Assembly (NCBI GenBank): GCA_951406725.2 | Contig: OX597820.1 | Coordinates: 31,310,001 to 31,374,000, forward strand | Source of the DNA: Octopus vulgaris | Lineage: Eukaryota | Reading direction: 5' to 3' | Length of the DNA: 64,000 nucleotides | In this document: in pieces, positions 26,630 through 39,600 of the stretch | Layout of the letters: each line of letters starts with the position of its first letter | How positions within the stretch are numbered: position 1 is the first letter of the stretch | Translations under genes and position numbers: made by a program | Notes under the pieces: generated by a model | What the model was told of the DNA's origin: nothing | The model's database searches: none | The model's input: only the letters and a program-made list of their open reading frames with translations

Positions 26630-26674
<45 letters not shown>

Positions 26675-28247
26675 TATGTACATGTGTAAGTTATATGCAC
26701 ATGTTCTCTCTCATAAACATACAAAGTATAAGCTCTATCACTCTCATATATACCTCTGAAGACATATACTCACACACATACACACACACAATAACTCCAT
26801 GTGTCTGAATGTATATTTCTAGTGCATGCACACATATGGAATAAGCGGAACGCTATTCTTTGATATTGTCTAATATAATGTTATGTTTTACCATTTCATG
26901 CTTGCATGGATTGGACATGGCTACTCAAGTGCCCGATCTACCAGGCAGAACAGTCACCATATCAATTGTATGGCCATCCCCCACTATTTTCTGGTTGACT
27001 ACCTCTTCCTAACACACTGTGTAGTGTACATATGTAGAATAGTTAAACAGCATGGGTGAGCATCAATACAAAGAGAGAGAGAGAGAGAGAGAGAACCATG
27101 AAAAAGAAACAAGTATAGCAACTATGCACAAGTGTGCATGTATATACATGTGCATGTGAATATATATTTATGGGTCTACATATACATGCATATATTAGGG
27201 TATGTACATATGCAAGCATGCATGTGAGCCTAAGCAAATACATACTTTTACAATTGAACTGACAATAAGCAACAATATCTCCATGAAGGCCAAATCTAAA
27301 AGATTTACTACTAGATATGATTTATTTTTCAAGCAGAGATATTATTCTTTGGTGTGGTTATTTAGTGCCAGGCCACTCCTAGTCCAGAAGGCTTAGGATC
27401 AAAAACATTCATACTCTGACCACTTTTTTTTCACAAAAAAAAATGTTTTTAGGGCTACTTTATCCAATACATTCTTTGTTTCGTATGATAGGGTGAAATT
27501 TTAGGAACATTTGGTTCTATTTCTAGTTAATAATGCAGCCATGTAGAAACTTTCTTATAGGAGTTGGCGTTTTGTCTGAGGTCAGTCTTGAGATTGAACA
27601 GAACAATGATCAAAGATCTCCTAGTTGTGACCATCAGGTTCTTATCTAATACAGTGTATCAAAAACTACATTATTCAATGTCCTTTCCCTTTTACAATGA
27701 TAGGGTGCGATTCAAGAGATTTGGCTACTATTTCTAGCAAGCTCAAAGCCCCCCTCCCACATAAAAGCAAGCCTCATTGGCTTCAAAGGGTTTATTTTAG
27801 TGAAAAGAGAAGTGGATACAGTTGATTTACTGTTAGTAAATTATAAGTGTTCATAATATACTCCCTAGTAGGATTTGATCTCAGGAAATAGATGCAGGAA
27901 TGGCTGTGTGGGTAAAAAGTTCAATTTGCAAGCACATACCATTAGGTTTAGTTCTTCTATCTTGGGTGTTTCAACCATAGCCATGGGCTAGCCAATACCA
28001 TGCAAAGGAATTTGACAGATGGAAACTGAAAGAAACCCAGTGTGTGCATGTATGTGTGACAATGTTTATATTCCATGCTTGTCATTATTTGAGCAAAGCA
28101 GTGCCCATATAAACAATCCACGCTGATGTTATAACCAGTTGCTCTGAACTTTTGAAAACCTGTGACATAAATAAATCCTGTACTTAAAAAACACAGACAA
28201 GGAAAGGCATCTGGCTATAAAACCCTGAAATAACTCTCCATCTAAAC

Positions 28248-28749
28248 CACAGAAAACTTTTTAGTGCAGCAGGCAAAAGTTTCCAAAGAAAAAGGTCAGC
28301 AGGCAGATCTCAAGTTCTTTCTCTTATATCTGTAAATCTTGTATATATCTATGTATAATTCGAGATACATTAATAAAGATAAGTTTAAAACCTTAAATTA
28401 ATGTGTAACATTTTCATTAATGCTGCCAATGAATTTAGGATGTTTATATTACTTATGAGGTAGTCTATAATTTTCAGCTAGAATGTAGTTGGGTCTCAAG
28501 GGGGTGGTACAAACCTAGCAATATGTGTTTTATAGTGAAAACAAAATTTCCATTCAAGTGGAAATTACTGGACGATTTTCTGTCTGAGTCTAACCATTTT
28601 AAGTTGGAGTGGAAACATGACCTATTGTCGCAAATAGGCATATGAATATTGTATAAATTTTATAATTGAAAAATTTACTATATTTAGTACATACAAGTAT
28701 ACCAGCCTGCAGGTGTAATAAAATGGGCTCGCAAGAACGATTGCACCTG
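28248..28749. mobile_element. hAT MITE with decayed left TIR
   Basis: Perfect 8-bp TSD atctaaac (28240-28247 and 28750-28757). Right end ttgcacctg. It splits a SINE tail that resumes after the TSD. Confidence 0.7.
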
Positions 28750-29519
28750 ATCTAAACCCATGTGGGCATGGAAAAACAGTTATTAAACAAACAACCAGCT
28801 GGATTAGACAAGGTACCTTAAAGACAACTCTCAACCAGAGTGACAGTCTTTATTGGCCCAATAAAAGACACTCCAGCTGCTCCAAGTGGCGACCCAACTG
28901 TCTACTGAACACATGTTGTATAATGTAATCCAAGATATGCAAAGCCCCAGAAAAGGGACAGGATAATCACAATTCCAGTACTTTTGATTCAGTCAAAGCT
29001 GACTCTGGACTAAAACAAACAACAATATGAACAACAATACAATGTCAATGCGAATAATTCAAAATTCAGATATTAAATAAAAACAAATGTATATGATATT
29101 AAAAGGAGAGACCCTAAAAATATGGGAGATTAGCAAATTCCAAAGGTAACTAATTTAGGGATTATTTTACAAAAAGAAATAACAAAAGGACAAATAAACA
29201 GATTAATATTAAGACTATAAAAAGCAAGTGAATGTAGCCTTAGGGATTGGATTAAGACTGAATTAGGTAAAACCGTCAGAGTTCAAACTTGCTGTTATTA
29301 AAAGACTACAAATTGCACTAAAAGAAAACAATCCTTTTAAAAGCTGGCAAATAGAATATTTTCTTTTTTTTAACTCTCTCAGATCCGAGTCCCTTTGTCT
29401 AACTTGACCCTCCACCTGGGCTCTTGAGCAAAAAAATAATAGTTGCATATGTAGCTCAAGAGTAATGATTGCAGGCAAACTAATGGACAGAATTGGCTGC
29501 ATCTTCTTTTTCCACACAA

Positions 29520-29700
29520 AGGGTCTACAAACATTGGGACTCACAGAGGGTATGAGAGGGGACTGAGACCCCTGGTGGTTTGCTGTGCTTGAAAAGACAC
29601 CAAGCTAAGTGTGGCTGCCCTTACATATGGGCTTGTGCTTTGCAACTCTCTCCAGTTGAGTATCCCTAATCTTGCAGGCTCATAAGTGTTGAGAACTGAA
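29520..29700 (+). mobile_element. RTE LINE ORF-end fragment
   Basis: Translates to GLQTLGLTEGMRGD*DPWWFAVLEKT, homologous to the fragment at 13526-13620. Confidence 0.6.
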
Positions 29701-30257
29701 GGCAAGAATTTAAAAGGTTAACATGTTTTGTTGTATTCCAAAGTTCGAGTTTAATAATGACTTCAAATTTTGAGTATGTGTGTGTGAGCACATGCTTGTG
29801 TGTGTATGGCTGTGTTGCAGTTGAACACTTAGTTAAGAGGCTTATTAGGTTTGGTGATATGGGAGCAACCTGAAGCCTTAAAAGCCTACTCCTTTGATGA
29901 ATTGTATTTTTATTAAGCTTTGTTACAGGTGGTAACCTAACTGACTGAGCAAACATATGATCAATAGTGTTCCAGTCATGGTCATCTCATCATTCTCTTG
30001 GATACCGTATGTAGGATAATTATTATTCAATATGGCCCCTCCATTTTGAAAAGGGTTTGTAATTTGAGGGAGATTTGGTTGTTATTTCTCTAAAGTTAAG
30101 CAACAATGTAGAGGCCACCTCATTAGTTCATTGTAATGCAATGTATACAGTTTAGCATCATTAGAGAAACAGCTGGAATGGGTTTTTAGGTAAAGAAGGG
30201 TGACCTAGATTAGACAGACTACAATAAACACCCTTAGACTTACCACCAGATACTTAC

Positions 30258-30406
30258 GTCTAATTTGATGGTGAACAATGCCGAGAAGAACAAATCTTCT
30301 TGAAAGGTAACACCACCACCAACAACAAAATCATCCATCCCACCCCTCAAAAGCATGAAATGTAGCCAAATTTCACAGGCCAGTTTTTCACAGTTTTTAT
30401 CTGGTT
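30258..30406 (-). CDS. Candidate 149-bp internal exon of an unidentified host gene (coding status uncertain)
   Basis: Minus strand shows a long polypyrimidine tract ttttttctcttttttcttttcctcttattggtAG acceptor, a GTAAGT donor, and a second GTAAGT 14 nt further on. Only one frame is open: (E)PDKNCEKLACEIWLHFMLLRGGMDDFVVGGGVTFQEDLFFSALFTIKLD. No protein family recognised. Confidence 0.35.
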
Positions 30407-31069
30407 CTACCAATAAGAGGAAAAGAAAAAAGAGAAAAAAAGCAACCATTCAGTCTCTCTTTGCCGAGAAGCTTAAAGTTAATTAGCATTACATTACAAA
30501 TTTTACTGAAGGTAACAGTTGTTGAGCTTTGTTAAATATTGGCACAAAATGATTGTATTTTGGCAGTTTTTCGGCAAAGAAACCAAAACATCAACATCAT
30601 TATCATCATTGGGTTAACATCAGCCTTTCAATATTATTATTTATTTTTTCTCATTCCACTCCTCCCCATGTGCTGACATAGATTGGACAGGGCAAAATAA
30701 GTGAAAGTTTTGGCTAGATGGAGCATAAAATGGTGATGATGATAATTATAAACAGTAGGAAAGTTAATGCACATTCTTCATCCCCACTCCATACAAGGTA
30801 GTGGAAGCTGGACAAGATAGAAGAAAGTTTTGGCTGCATAGAATATTAAGGGAATCATCATCATCATCACATATTACAATAATGCCAAAGGGACAGAAGA
30901 GACAAGCACAAACCAGAAAACAATAGATTTTTGGCTATGCAGAATATTAACTCTTGATGTTGACCTGCCTGAGACTGATCTGAGTCCAGGATACAAACTT
31001 CCTGGTTTAAAGTGATTTAAATTTCAATCTTTGTGTGAATTTATTCCAAGCAACAGTTTAATAATGATG

Positions 31070-31445
31070 CACATGAATGACCATGTGGTTAAGAAGCTTG
31101 CTTTGAAACCATATAGTTTTGGGTTCAATCCCATTGCACAGCACCTTGGGACTGTACCTTCTTCCATAGCCCCCAGTAGAACAATGCCCTGTGAGTGAAT
31201 TTGATAGACAGAAACTGTGCTGGAAGTTTCTCGTGTGTGTGTGTGTGCATGTTTGTCCTACACCACTGTTTGACGACTCGAGTTGATTAATTTACATTCC
31301 TGTAACTAAGCAATTTGGAAAATGAAACAATAGAACAGATACCAGACTTAAAAATAAATACTGGAGTTGACTTGTTTGACAAAAGCCTTCAACGCAGTAC
31401 CACAGTATAGCCACAGTCCTATGACAAACAAGTAAACAATAAAAT
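31070..31445 (+). mobile_element. SINE family A, diverged copy
   Basis: gggttcaatccc head, gcaccttggg core, (TG)n hinge and 3' module. Confidence 0.8.
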
Positions 31446-32319
31446 ACAGCCATAATTCCTTATATTTTATGTTACCAAGCCATACTTGCAAGCTAACATG
31501 GCCTAGTAACACGTATCATGCTTTTGCTAATAGTTTTAAGTGCTTTCTTATTGTGAGTAGACAGAGGGCAAAACATCCAAGATATGACTGCTGGAGAGAG
31601 GTGCTTGTTGGCTGGTACATGTTGTAGCTAAGTAGACTGGAAGAACATAAAAATCAAGTGCCTTTGTCAAAGATAATGCGCTGCCTGGTCAAGGAATTGC
31701 ACTTAAAATCTTATGATTAGGAGGTGAACTCACAAACAAGTAGACCAAGCCTGTTTTTTTTTGTTTTTTTTTGAGGGCTTGCCTTCATTGGGGGACAGAA
31801 AACTCCACAAAGAGACAACCCTTTCTAAGAATAAAAGAGCGCTTTTCACATTTATATGATTGGCTTTCTTGTGAATATTGGATCACTAATCACATACACA
31901 GACTAGATTGCTTCACGAAAAAGAAAAAGCTGTATGCCTGATAGACAAAATTTTACTTTACTCCCACAACAACTGACCCACAAATGGGTAAGGCCCTCTG
32001 ACAATACCCATATAACAGCACTAATAGTTACTACAGCTTGTTATCTATGCCAGCTTCACTCAGACTTACTTGATGCACTCACATCTCTCTCACCCTCATG
32101 TGTATAACCTACACAGAGCTCAAAACAGGAATATGCATAAGATACAAGACTTCTAGCTTAAGACAGAGATGGGAGTTCATATCCAGGACAATCATGTTAC
32201 TGTGTCATTGATTGAGAAAGATGTCATTTCGAAGCCATTTTGCTGTCTCATGGAGGCAAGAGTAACAAGATGCTGTGCTAACACCTTTAGGACAACATCA
32301 AATCTTTTTCTAATTTCAG

Positions 32320-32710
32320 TGCAAGGCCAGCAATTTTTTGCTAAGGAGTCAAATTGATCATATTCATTCCAGTACTTGACCAGAACATTGTTTTATCAAC
32401 CCCAAAAAGATGAAAGGCAAAATTGACCTCAGTAGCATTTGAACTCAGAATATAGAGAGTCAGAAGAAATGCCACTAAACATTTTGCCTCACATGTTAAC
32501 AATTCTGCCAGCTCACCACCCGAGGCATGAAATAATGGTCTTAAGTCTGGGGGAAGAGGGTAAGTCATTTACATTGACCCCAGTGGTCAACTGGTACTGA
32601 TTTTATCGACCCTGAAAGTATGAAAGGCAAATACAAACTCAAACCATAAGACAAATGAAATGCCACTAAGCATTTTGCCTGGTATGCTAACGATTCTGCC
32701 AGCTCATTGC
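32320..32710 (-). mobile_element. Two tandem SINE family B copies
   Basis: Same unit as the trains at 14.4-15.5 kb. Confidence 0.82.
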
Positions 32711-35700
32711 TTTTTAGGCATAAAACAATGGTAACGACAGAGTGATTAATAACCCATCAATGCCCACAAGTTAATGACAGACAATACATGGTTGTTCAAC
32801 ATGCTAGAAATAGCATCTAAATCTCTGAAATCTCACTGGGCTGTTTAAAAAAAGAGGATACATCAGATAAAAGTTATAGTTACACCATGAAAATAAAGTA
32901 GAATAAAATAAAACTAAAAAGAAACATATAGGATCATTATGGCTGATCGCCCTTTGATCATAGATTGCTGGATCAAAGCTGGCCTGAAGCTAAACTGCAA
33001 CAGCATTCAGTAAATACCCAAATTTAACCTTCAAAATTAGTTTGCAATGTGTGATGTTCTCACCATGAGAGCAAAGTGCTTTTATCAATAACCTAATCAA
33101 GATTCCCTCTTAATAACAGAAGCATTTTCAATGAAATTGTCCCAGATTTCATATTAATTCTCCCAAGAATATTAATTCTCCCACATAGAAAGTGGCCATA
33201 ATTGAAGCAAATTCTTTGAAGAGAAGAAAATAAATAAATACAGAAAGTAAAAATGAACAAAAAGAAAGCATTTATAGTATTCAGTGAAACTTTTAGAGGA
33301 GATGAAAGTATCACTAATAAATTAGAAAAAGAAAAATGGAAGGATTGGAACAGGAAATCAGCAGGACTTCATTCCCAAAGTGTCTGATTAAAAGTAGTGG
33401 ACAGTAACTAGAATAAATAAAAAAAATAAATAAAAATTCCTGCCCCTGCTCCAGAAGAGCAAAGCTTCTTAAAAGGTAGTTTAATTGATTTATTCCCAAT
33501 GACATGTTCCTCGTTTCATGCAGTGCAGTGACTTGAAGAAATATTTACTTGGCTTCGTTGATTCAAATGAATCATTACATGACATTCCATGTAGCAAAGA
33601 CAAACTACCTTATTTACATCCCTCTAACTAACACCATCTCAGGTAAACACACACACACACACACACACACGCACGCACACACACACACACTTGATAGATT
33701 TACTGATTTAATGTATGGTTTGTTTTGTTTTGTTTTCTGGTACATATTGAATGGATTTGTATATCAGCACACAGTTCCGTTTAGCTATCATCTCGTATCA
33801 TTTCATCTGAGCAGCTTTAGATATGAACCACTTCCTCCAGAGACACCTTTGGATACCTTTTGCTCTATGTATTTACTCATTGGAAAGAGTCAACAAGAAA
33901 GCAGCTAAATATGTCTCATTTCATTATGCTGTCATAAAAAATAGGGAGGACACGTTGTGTAAAGTAAGTCCTATAAACACTGTCTAAAGAAAAAAAATAC
34001 AGAATAGTCATAAGTTTTATCTGTATCTTAGATTTGTTTGATTAGAGCTAACCTGGAGTTAGTTAAATAACAAATAAGTCTCACAAACCAACAAAGGAGA
34101 ATATATGTAGTCATACAATCTGCTCAAAATAGCAACCTAATCTCCCTCACAACACCTCACTGTCTTAAACTAAAAAAACAGAAAGAATTCGGACACCATA
34201 GCCTGAGCTACACTATGTCAGATTAACAAAAAAAAAAAAAAAAAAAAAATCAGAACAGTCAGAGCGGGAATGTTTTTGGTCACAGGTCAGGGGTAACCTG
34301 GGGTTAAGCAAACAAACTGTAAGGTTTTATAGTCACGTTTAACTTATCTTAATCCGTAAATCTTCTTTAACTCTCTGCCCCTGCCATCAGCTTTCTCTTC
34401 ATTATCTGCTCCCAAATTACCTTCTTACTCAGTTCAAATCAACTATTCACGCTACATATTCACGCCAGTGAAGCGTCCCATGTTTCATTCACAAACCATT
34501 GAGTTTGGCACTTTAGATTTTTAAAAAATAGTAATATCCATTATCAACAGAGTTTAATAGTAAATTTTAACTTTTATTTTATTGATTATCAACATCAAAC
34601 AAAGCTATTGATTTCTAGTTGATTTTTTTCCCTAAGACGTCAATGTTACATATTTAGAAGCAACACAAAATATATAAACAAGCAAAATCATATAAGTGCT
34701 CTAAAATTTCACATTTTCTAAAACAGTTCTTGTTTAACCCTAAGTCAAAACAAAACCACACCCACCCATCTCAGTTCTCTAAAATGCTAGATTTTTTTCA
34801 ATCAGTTGTTTAAGTTATTTACCCAAAGTCAGTCTTGATCAACAAGCCTTTAATAAAAAGTTTTTTTGTTAAATCATAGTGTACTCTGTACTAAATTTGT
34901 CCAATGTGTCTTTTTTTTTATGATGCTTGGGTGTGGTTTGAAGGATATTTGGTTGTTATTTGTAGCAGATCAGTTTACCATGTAAGAAGCTCCATTATTG
35001 GATCAACTGCAATCAAGAGATCAAGGAATTAGATATAATCTAAAAGAGTGCAGGAGAGAAACATTGACATTTGCAGATTTGTCCATTTTTATGTAGAGAG
35101 TCACTGAAAGGAGATAATTGGGTTTGGCTGTTTGGGCATTTAACACTTTTTGGTGACAGTAATTTTTGATATTGAAGGCGCACATATATACACACACAAA
35201 CATGCATGCATGCACAGAAATAGAGAGAGTGGGGAGGGACATTACACATTATTAATTGAACATGACTGATTGACAAACACTTTTCCTCTCCTCATTCAGA
35301 GAGAAATATCTTCATACACATAAAGAGAGATAGAGACAGAGAGAGAACAAGAGAGACATTAAAACGTCTGATGTTAAATTAGTGTCAAATCAGCGGTGCC
35401 AAACAGACAGCTCCAAAATGGCTCTGCCGAAACGTCCCATAACTTAGTCATTAGACTAATTGCTCTAATTAAATACAAAGAGGAAACTAAATATTTTACA
35501 ATAATAACTCTCATTTTAGTCATTTGACATCCATAAATATGGGTTACTGTCATAGTTTAACCCCAGGTTAGCTACTCGGATCCAACAGACACATGATATA
35601 AAGCAATTTGATTATGACCATCCTATATTGTTTCAGGAAGTAATTCTTTTATCAGTCCATATTACCAATTTATTCTGAGGTGGTAGGATATGGCTTAAGG

Positions 35701-38109
35701 GAGATTTGGCTTCTATTTCTAGGAGATTGAAGTGACCACTGTCTAGTTATGTCTATTATTCTTGGTTAAACTATTGTGGCTGAAAAAAAAAAGTGACAGG
35801 GTGGCAGAATTGGTTAAGCATTTGACCAAATATTATGTGCTAGTTATTACAGCACTTTACATTTTAAGTTCAAATCCTACTGAAATCAGCTTTATTTTTT
35901 ATTCCACTTGGAGTTGTGGAATTAATGAAATAAAGTTCCAATCTCACTCTGAGAGGGGAGGAATGATGTAATTGCCTAATGCCCTCTAGTCAAAACAGCT
36001 GGCCTTATACCTAAATTATGAACAACTTTTACAGTTGAGAAAATAATGGATTTGAATTTCTGGTGTGAATCTGTCAGAGTAATGAGAACATAGGGAAGGG
36101 GAATAAAACAGGTGTTAATGTTTGAAAATTTAGGACATTTATTATATATGGATCTGGCATCTGTTTTGATGAGTGAGGGTTCCACTAGTTCACCTAATGG
36201 TACTACCAATTCATAGAATTGTAGTCTAAGTAGTTGAGTATCTTAGACACACGTTACCCTTAACATAATCTTCAGGCAGAATCAGTATGACCCACTGATT
36301 CCAAGATGGTAGGGTGTGACAAGACTGGGCCATCAACTAAATGGTACTGTGACCATTAGAAAGATGTCTCCTAGTTCCTGTCATCCCAGTTTCCATCACA
36401 AGGCTGGGATTCAACTGAAGGCTATGCTAAAAGAATCTTTTAAGGTATTGCACAGTGGAATCAAATTTTAGAACATGGTTAAGAACTAAATGTATAAACT
36501 ACTTGGCCATACCTGCACACATGGGTTCCACTGTTAGGCAATCATTAAAATTTTTAGAATTTATTACTCTAAAGACAAAGGATAGACCATCAGAAATAAC
36601 AAAAAGGTTGACACATTTTCCAAGTTCTATTTCCTCTAAGTTTATTCAACAACACTTATAAATCAACTAATTGACTAGACTCCCAAACAAAGGCATGACA
36701 GCCACACCATCCCATCTATAGTCCTGGATATGTTGTAGGTCAGATGTAGGATCACCAGGACTACATTTATCTAAGCTGCTTATCTATATGATGAAATTTT
36801 GGTTCTTTATTAGGATTATGCTTTATTCTTCAAGTATTGAGAAGAAATTTTCTTGCTATACATTCTGCTTCATATATCGAATATTAATTTCATTCTGTTA
36901 TTCATATTATATGAGATGTTATGCAATGTATTCTTCCTTATTGCTTTTTATATAATAAGTTGTAGTGTGAAGGAGATTTGGCTGCTATTTCTAGCAGGGC
37001 AAACGACCACAGAGAAATGCCTTTGTTGGCTTGTGATGGTGAGGTCAAGTATTTATAACTGATACAAAAACAGAGGAAAATTCCATATGTCAAACCTAAA
37101 CAAAGACCAAGTTTTGATATTTAGCCAAAAATTGGAAACAATTCAAAGAAGTTTAGAAAGCAATTGTTAATGACAAAATAGAGATTGCTCTCAATAGAAA
37201 GAGATCTGAATTAGGTGGTTATGGATAGAGGGGAGGGGGAATAAAATAAAAAGGAGCTCTGTAGTGATTGCATAAGAAAAAAGTATAGTAGTCATAGTAG
37301 ATGTTGTTCTCATTGTTTTTTAGCCTCCAAGTCTTACAGAGCAGGCCTACAATCAAAGACATCCAAGCTGTAGCCATCCTGTCTATTATTCAGACATTGT
37401 GTATCTCTAGGACTACATTATCCAACCCACTCATCCATATTTAAGATCTCATGGTATTATTTGGAGACTTAGCTTCTATTTCTAGCAGTTAATAAGTTAC
37501 ACAGCGATTCCCTTAATAGTTAACACATTTAGACCAAAGTTAGCCTTGACTGAGTAAAAAGACTAATGATTAAAGATGTTGCACCAACAACCATTTTATA
37601 TTTTTCTCAGACTGAATTGCTCAGGACTAAATCATTCACTATGTACTTCCTTATTTTTAGATAGATGGCATGATTTGACAGAGATCTGACAGCTATTTCT
37701 AAGAAAGAGGCCCCCTTTGGCATGTACAAGTGCAGAACCTGAATGGAGTTGGGTATAAGTGCTCAGTAACTCACTAAGTAGAAGTTTGAGTTGGAAATAC
37801 CTAGCTTTATATGCTGTAGCTCTGTGAATGGACATTTTTTGCCTTCTTGAAAGGCAAAGGTAGGCCAAGAATTGGGATAACGCTATACAATAATTAGATT
37901 AGCCTTTTGAATAACACATGAAGGCATGTAACCTAAAGGTCAGGATGTTGTACTCATGACTGCAAGATTGTGATTTCAATTCCCAGATTGGGCAATGTGT
38001 TGTATTTTTGAACAGGATTGGTGCCTTGTTCAAGGGTAATGTTGTCAATTCAGGCAATTATATGTCATATAAACTGAGTAACCGGCCCTATGGTTCTCAG
38101 GGTTTGAGA

Positions 38110-38450
38110 CAATACTAACTTTAGATAAAGGTAAAGACCCCTTTTGGTCATGAATGGCCATGGGATTGCAACTAGAAAGTTACCCTCCAAGGCACAATCT
38201 GGGCAAGGTTGTTTATGGAAGACCAGCAGTTGCCCATGCATACCAGCCTCCCCTCTCCATGCCACAGATGTTATCCAAGGGAAAAGCAAAGGCCAATACA
38301 GCTTGGCACCAGTGACATCGCAACCCATTTCTATAGCTGAGTGAACTAGAGTAACATGAAATAAAGTGTCTTGCTCAAGAACACAGCCTAGTCAGAGACT
38401 CGAGCTCATTACCTCATGATTGTGAGCCTGACGCTCTAACCACCAAGCCA
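38110..38450 (-). mobile_element. tRNA-derived SINE family C
   Basis: Minus strand ttggcttggtggttagagcgtcaggctcacaatcatgaggtaatgagctcgagtc head, followed by gtgttcttgagcaagacactttatttca core. Related heads at 43960(+), 48876(+), 37922(+), 43340(-) and 31750(-). Confidence 0.8.
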
Positions 38451-38904
38451 ATACATATGGAAAAGATAAATAACAAAGGACATGGAGTTTAAGTGTTGTA
38501 GTCATCCCAATACAACAATTTTGGTCGGTGGTGGTGGTGGTGGGGAGAGGAAAACTAATGTAAAATGGATAAAGACAAAGAGGAAAAGAAAAGAGGGGAG
38601 GGGGATGAGTGTTGCGATTAAAATAATAAAAGTTAATTGACAACCAAACCCAAGACTTTATCGAGATGGGACAGGTCTGTTTATGCAAGTCAGCAGAGTT
38701 TAAAATGTATGAATTTCTCAGAGGTGCCACTTGCATGACATGAACAAAAGAAAAACATCAAACAGAAAGTAATTAAGTTAGTGATGACACATTTAATGCA
38801 GAGACTATCAAAAAGCTAAATAAAAATAATTAGGTGGTAAGGATAAAACAATATTAGCCATTAACTAATATTATTTCAATTTATTTTGGAAAACATTGAA
38901 CTGG

Positions 38905-39600
38905 ATCCTGGACATATTTCAATCATATAACTGTTTATTTACTTTGTAATTCTCCTATCACTACTTCAGCAAGCATAGAAAAGTCTATGCTTTGCTGAAG
39001 TCATCAAACCAAAACATGTCTGGAGTTGTCTCCATTGAAATAATTAAAGCAACATTAGTCACTAACAAATATTGTTTATCCTCATTACATAATTATTAGA
39101 ATCTATGAAAATTCCCTGATTATTTAAAAAAAATTTAAGATATTGTTTTTCTGAACCATTTGACTCTTGAGATGGCGTAAAAGTTAACATATGTAATAGT
39201 GAAGGTGCAATCTTAAGGACCAACATCTTTGAAAGCTATATTCTTATGTCTTGTACTTGATATCTTATTTTTTCATGTTACATCAAGACGTAACTATCTC
39301 AATTACAGTACAAAATCAATCTTAACTGTGAAACAAAATGAAAGACATTTTATTCTGCTATGGTATGTTTATAATGTTTTAACAAATCTCAATATGGTTA
39401 TTTGAAGAGAACCATGAAATACACTATTTTGAAATTGTTGTTTTTCCATCTTGAGATTGCTGTGTAGTCCACATAGTACTGGAGATGCAGTTATAGGAGA
39501 AAACTATTGATCATCATACACTTCTGCATTGAGAATTGTTATCTATATTATTTATCTTTACATCAAGTTGATGACAATCTTTCTTTTCCTACCTCTCACC
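38905..39600. mobile_element. Possible ancient Penelope-like remnant (two decayed hammerhead cores plus RT-like fragment)
   Basis: Back-to-back CTGAAGT...GAAATATGTC (minus, 38969 to 38911) and CTGAAGT...AAAACATGTC (plus, 38995-39020) around a hairpin. Minus-strand 39590 to 39380 reads, with stops and frameshifts, EVGKERLS/LDVKINNIDN..SV..YYVDY..EIC, loosely like a PLE RT thumb. Confidence 0.3.
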
